Source: Paraphysomonas bandaiensis
Taxonomy: Eukaryota > Protista > Chrysophyceae
Direction: 5' to 3'
NCBI GenBank assembly: GCA_965644295.1
Contig: CBFFRP010000578.1
Coordinates: forward strand, 1 to 64,000
DNA: 64,000 nucleotides
The number at the start of each line of letters is the position of its first letter. Position 1 is the first letter of the stretch. Under the pieces are notes generated by a model. It saw only the letters and a list, made by a program, of their open reading frames with translations. It had not been told where the DNA came from and did not search any database. Made by a program: the position numbers and the translations under genes. This document shows positions 63,601 through 64,000 of this stretch, piece after piece.

Positions 63601-64000
63601 CTAGGGGCACCACTGGGGGCAACGGTGGGAACAGATGTCGGTAGTGCTGTTGGGGACACGGTCGGAGAGAACGACGGGGCAGATGTCGGAACCGACGTAG
63701 GAGATCTCGTTGGAGAAAGAGTAGGATCCACTGTCGGTGCGTAAGTAGGAACAGAGCTAGGTGTTGCACTTGGGGCCGACGTTGGAGTAAACGTAGGACT
63801 CGATGTAGGATGTGACGTAGGATCTCTAGTAGGACTCATTGTCGGGGTACTACTCGGTAACGCTGTAGGAGAACGAGTAGGAGTCGAGCTTGGGGATGAC
63901 GTCGGATGCACTGTTGGAACCCTCGTTGGACGAGACGTTGGAGAATGTGTAGGGGAATTCGATTCTCCATCAACAGTCGGGCGTGATGTCACTGGCGCCA
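48627..64000 (-). CDS. Giant (>5120 aa, 5' end outside window) type I membrane protein: P/T/S mucin-like repeats, six NHL-like propeller domains, Cys-rich region, REJ/PKD1-like module, GPS-like Cys motif, TM, cytosolic TPR pair
   Basis: Single uninterrupted 15.4-kb ORF; QDGFGTSALLAFPSSI and GYRDGWGGVAEFSYP NHL-like motifs; LDASFSYD, LSYSWDC, DDDLPLSYSF REJ motifs; TM IAFPILFLCCLLCIGLYFL; AEVLSAQGKYLDAIPLYQQA. Confidence 0.9.
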   Translation of the reverse strand, partial: APVTSRPTVDGESNSPTHSPTSRPTRVPTVHPTSSPSSTPTRSPTALPSSTPTMSPTRDPTSHPTSSPTFTPTSAPSATPSSVPTYAPTVDPTLSPTRSPTSVPTSAPSFSPTVSPTALPTSVPTVAPSGAPSCVPSGEPSLAPVTSRPTVDGESNSPTHSPTSRPTRVPTVHPTSSPSSTPTRSPTALPSSTPTMSPTRDPTSHPTSSPTFTPTSAPSTTPSSVPTYAPTMDPTLSPTRSPTSVPTSAPSFSPTVSPTALPTSVPTVAPSGAPSCVPSGEPSLAPVTSRPTVDGETNSPTHSPTSRPTRVPTVHPTSSPSSTPTRSPTALPSSTPTMIPTRDPTSHPTSSPTFTPTSAPSTIPSSVPTYAPTVDPTLSPTRSPTSVPTSAPSFSPTVSPTALPTSLPTSTPTILPTEAPTHPPSVSPTAPTFAPSVDHRFSNVSTFSVVGSVVGVESGMYLDSSGVFVTNGSAVIFIVGSSVESYDPTEPRTVLTVAGGSTGDSNDGLFSSGATFGNVGKMKYDEDSDILFACGDEERLVRILDFATRYVHTVSNSAGDRFVFTKSDGLSTGGRFPGMDVDKAGSYLYVTDRTKLFNLTRDTSSTSISAYVRNEYTALTAFKTANSWPNNVYIFGVAAVESHGMIYVTVSLGLNLLLRIPMGVSHYSEITVLAGDPSVTYGGIGSDDPTPYLQDGFGTSALLAFPSSITYDPVDDSLYFTESFSEFGSEFDDFNVGSMTVRKYSVYSGYVSTYAGYDFSQDRNGSDVYTTAGGYRDGWGGVAEFSYPLTISYAYSHLNRPVLFVTDFLNDAIRVVYTVVGSIPSQISKPPTCRPTVSPSYFPSRVPTYFPSLSPTHLPSVKPSHMPSSFPSSVPTSMPSVDYRFSNVSTFSVVGSVVGVESGMYLDSSGVFVTNGSAVIFIVGSSVESYDPTEPRTVLTVAGGSTGDSNDGLFSSGATFGNVGKMKYDEDSDILFACGDEERLVRILDFATRYVYTVSNSAGDRFVFTKSDGLSTGGRFPGMDVDKAGSYLYVTDRTKLFNLTRDTSSTSISAYVRNEYTALTAFKTANSWPNNVYIFGVAAVESHGMIYVTVSLGLNLLLRIPMGVSHYSEITVLAGDPSVTYGGIGSDDPTPYLQDGFGTSALLAFPSSITYDPVGDSLYFTESFSELGSEFDDFNVGSMTVRKYSVYSGYVSTYAGYDFSQDRNGSDVYTTAGGYRDGWGGVAEFSYPLTISYAYSHLNRPVLFVTDFLNDAIRVVYTGIGAVPSAVTSPPTRKPTMFPSRNPTMLPSLGLTNLPSVLPTTDNTVINVSTYFSLGSVVSVEPGQYINMAGVFVSIANKIVFINKYDVESTNIRFNISAIHVAGGSVKASTDGSFDNGEAHFDDVNRMKYDDDSDILFACGDKERLVRILDFATRYVYTVSNSAGDRFVFTKSDGLSTGGRFPGMDVDKAGSYLYVTDRTKLFNLTRDTSSTSISAYVRNEYTALTAFKTANSWPNNVYIFGVAAVESHGMIYVTVSLGLNLLLRIPMGVSHYSEITVLAGDPSVTYGGIGSDDPTPYLQDGFGTSALLAFPSSITYDPVGDSLYFTESFSELGSEFDDFNVGSMTVRKYSVYSGYVSTYAGYDFSQDRNGSDVYTTAGGYRDGRGGVAEFSYPLTISYAYSHLNRPVLFVTDFLNDAIRVVYSVYSPTSFPTSQPSNSRPTICPSCFPSFCPSIVPSINPSSSPSGVPTAYPTASVTAIPSHTPSHTPSLHPTGIPSCTPSAAPTFLPSGTPTFEPTMGPICSPSATPTRHPTTTPTLKPTLLSTCDPTPSPTTNPSCHPSSSPTYVPTSHPSAAQTDVPSSPPSLSPSWSPTSSPTICPIVIPSVLPSSTPTSLPTTSVPTATPSCSPTGPTLSPTHDYRFVNVSTLSENMKGMVGLASGLYMGASGLFVTTGTAVLFVNDTGIGSYRSDRVPMFVTIVNISTEDFQDGPNLSGEPTIGSIIHDNANDIIYACDDTYRKIRSLDLKSGIAYTVSNVTGNTYEFTEYDGLSTGGRFPGMDVDKAGSYLYVTDRTKLFNLTRDTSSTSISAYVRNEYTALTAFKTANSWPNNVYIFGVAAVESHGMIYVTVSLGLNLLLRIPMGVSHYSDITVLAGDPSVTYGGIGSDDPTPYLQDGFGTSALLAFPSSITYDPVGDSLYFTESFSEFGSEFDDFNVGSMTVRKYSVYSGYVSTYAGYDFSQDRNEDGSYYTAGGYRDGWGGVAEFSYPLTISYAYSHLNRPVLFVTDFLNDAIRVVYTGVGVVRSIESSPPTISPTLRPTVIPTKFPTDLPTCLPSSFPSSAPSMLPTQVVSVAPSPIPTSIPTLSPSTFPPTLTPTVDYKFINVSSVAITANRSIGVEYGSYMNMSGVFYTTITNEIMFINQSTIENSATNHPPFIVKVAGGSTAHGNQDGSFESNEVGFENIGTMKYDASTNTLYVTVSAEQRLVRILDFATRYVYTVSNSAGDRFVFTESDGLSTGGRFPGMDVDKAGSYLYVTDRTKLFNLTRDTSSTSISAYVRNEYTALTAFKTANSWPNNVYIFGVAAVESHGMIYVTVSLGLNLLLRIPMGVSHYSEITVLAGDPSVTYGGIGSDDPTPYLQDGFGTSALLAFPSSITYDPVGDSLYFTESFSELGSEFDDFNVGSMTVRKYSVYSGYVSTYAGYDFSQDRNEDGSYYTAGGYRDGWGGVAEFSYPLTISYAYSHLNRPVLFVTDFLNDAIRVVYTAVGSKAVNNTLPPTLFPSPLPSILPTIHPTVTCNPSVLPTVDGRVVNVSTLANINGAVGVEPGYYSGVSGFFVSIASKILFVNGTITNGNILDFSSKTKFVTGGPSGGSEDGNFENSNTSFSKVSKMKYDNDSDLLYVCSDDSKLIRILDFATRYVYTVSNSAGDRFVFTESDGLSTGGRFPGMDVDKAGSYLYVTDRTKLFNLTRDTSSTSISAYVRNEYTALTAFKTANSWPNNVYIFGVAAVESHGMIYVTVSLGLNLLLRIPMGVSHYSEITVLAGDPSVTYGGIGSDDPTPYLQDGFGTSALLAFPSSITYDPVGDSLYFTESFSEFGSEFDDFNVGSMTVRKYSVYSGYVSTYAGYDFSQDRNGSDVYTTAGGYRDGWGDVAEFSYPLTISYAYSHLNRPVLFVTDFLNDAIRVLYSSPFVGQSVSSVNVVSYPNIHVNVHSFFSSDVDGDLLIRSSTKAQISSTLSISIFDPNISAQFYQLLNSCSFDDTFLPTYFPTSKPTVRASATPTITYDIELAESIVDEIINGPSCDYRYKDSVWYGDQRSGGASMWRSFLANATVDYNFKIPRSVSVVVAGANCSGCSRANSYSRHIVCDDEQSLTSFYTALSEEVDGVVECSGHSWKTEMCSDSTLRVCVDCETPCDCGSNLAFPTDVACYGVGGRSSGMCMDIESLTTPPTFSHISTAPNFNMRSIVVTLHNISAEGYLYCAAYDGLPVITSVESIMVSGVRGYASGPGSFEVELTKLAIGVNYTILCYTESVLKQESGAEKTALSTVYDMAVKSTILGLKAIYLSYSGYRIPTAQSSSKFSIILNDRPSKAVEIGVQTYFAPLPQSGQCSLLISPDSLTVSTASVIPSQILFTSTSSIDASKAFRIYPLDAGCYYVTLNVSGDSAEEYYVNVSSSYSADEYVVIQAYGTDVTPEPPTLLAAKFSNSGASLVITFDSRTDMGMNGGLFDTVFSCDRIFSFAGASDSSCTFLSDREIKAALPALLSPVPSVGSSLSLLPGVVTAACTAGSTTCPSYGASPAAEVEIEAPLDPIIPTVRITAPQWISACSSLQLSYEQSSGSGGRNWTEAVWSAESLTQGADAKVTAYLNSAFSTCSEKSRCRQIPSSYLTSGRTYKFKLMLKNFLGASDSSSVTVVKRLKTTVPHVLFDGSRRRNIFTYETFAIHARASPSTCSGTSTTSSTLSYKWTVSSAGKTITSVINTASSPLNFIAAPYSFASGSDYKITLVVTDVVAGTSASSSMRVYVLDGSIVPLIRGGNYVTKSAGDVIELDASFSYDESVGTQRGEESNLSYSWDCIKVSPALDECGLDGVSSTKSVITIPANTLDSSATYEFTVLISNVISKAETTVELVTTAADKTTPVLEVSVLESDEQSGNRVVNWNDDIILSSTVISSSDAIAVWSILSSDTTLSELNFTVTSGGTFSFPHRVPRTFLANGDVSYIFQLAVYPNHCTDCAAAVTSVIVQVNAGPLYGDFDVFPIEGVAGTSGTNFSMASILCEDDDLPLSYSFAYLNAGTDSTLITAFSEFSFVSSYLPAGSLRDGKFYLTLKGTVFDRFGASTSRTTDVIVAPRDYASVDTLNDKIVSEIEYATGIRDYNLLFQSAASAHIAVEHYISLNGDNDKANIADIIFSLIDIVTSHLNEIEFTENSLYIESAISLCSLFANGTVVQTGEFPAVIEAAIVYSSEVSNIFIQSEFQSVDTALSLLSCVNTLDSAAAKAGASGQRRKLDLSNMYSVPDLVDLITENIIDILLVGEEASGVYSEFSVYVAIGWPFTLSNSIAGFPLSNEKPIPPSNFSEVLNFFDLNIAAKYILQVSTFSDIVEPDCEVENATCTVISAAGRTISSIMLSTTENVSVSEEASVWTTMPHSRNVSSDVTHLNEVHQVELYCEKEPSFSTQEYFCSADVTNGLSTVVEVECLANSLGTWTVSCPLYNTLPICADGTGAEDSSCNVVKFDGVSTTCSCPVSFNAFHTSDRRHRRLQSVSGEKEYAFSTESSVLLGTVLEFEKNATYESDRNESPTPAPVPVPVIKSSADDAVVETRTLIYSIAFPILFLCCLLCIGLYFLKRSYDRQQLEEKYANHDSVPTGQAHHLLLLRAKELRDDGNLEDAEETFRKALNLQSVEDDEFNLDVVDPMEKVEVINGLAEVLSAQGKYLDAIPLYQQAHQQFHHTWESAHSLVGGTKTDVHDLDDWYGKDIIENSSDSDMDGVSGAEFLTEASGSSKGLEEMSSAKNATDSSGNNTSLGAKDDDADTKRGRSVQFAAVPTVHGDDDNDTSDIEKGQDDSSESSSTVDSTELEETIKYLGREVSMRGLDRSPGEPHTLSVGSVNIEWKSDPSPSAGVLFEDNSHNDDINHTFSSLL
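54490..62684 (-). repeat. Six intragenic ~1.13-kb domain repeats with near-identical ~0.75-0.85-kb cores
   Basis: FVTDFLNDAIRV occurs six times (near 61560, 60230, 58955, 57170, 55770, 54500). Confidence 0.95.
62760..64000 (-). repeat. 426-bp (142-aa) near-perfect tandem P/T/S repeat, at least three units
   Basis: GTGATGTCACTGGCGCCA at 63131, 63557 and 63983. Confidence 0.95.

Overview
Eukaryotic, gene-dense genomic DNA with short spliceosomal introns (about 40-100 nt). It is probably from a flagellated stramenopile (inference from IFT38, a GYxGxxP/EF-hand protein, RRL motifs and TTAGGG tracts). Genes, in order: a divergent myosin with MyTH4 and PH domains, an EF-hand protein, a multi-pass membrane protein, an ERMP1-like M28 peptidase, an M20D amidohydrolase, a sulfotransferase-like protein, UPRT, CLUAP1/IFT38, a DinB-like protein, a TPR protein, an LRR protein, a 2-TM protein, a 2OG-Fe(II) oxygenase, and the 3' 15.4 kb of an intronless giant receptor-like gene (P/T/S repeats, six propeller-like domains, REJ, GPS-like, TM, TPR). 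The most novel signal is an RT-less retroposon family with seven insertions in the window. They share a 3' terminus with a (TA)n tail, six carry a GNRA hairpin, and six have 7-15 bp target-site duplications. The two 1.72-kb copies keep a ~445-codon ORF open despite compensating frameshifts. One copy splits a retropepsin-like gene, one splits an LTR-like repeat, and three are stacked in a Myb/SANT-like pseudogene that also carries telomere-like tracts. All family assignments come from motif recognition by eye; no searches were run.
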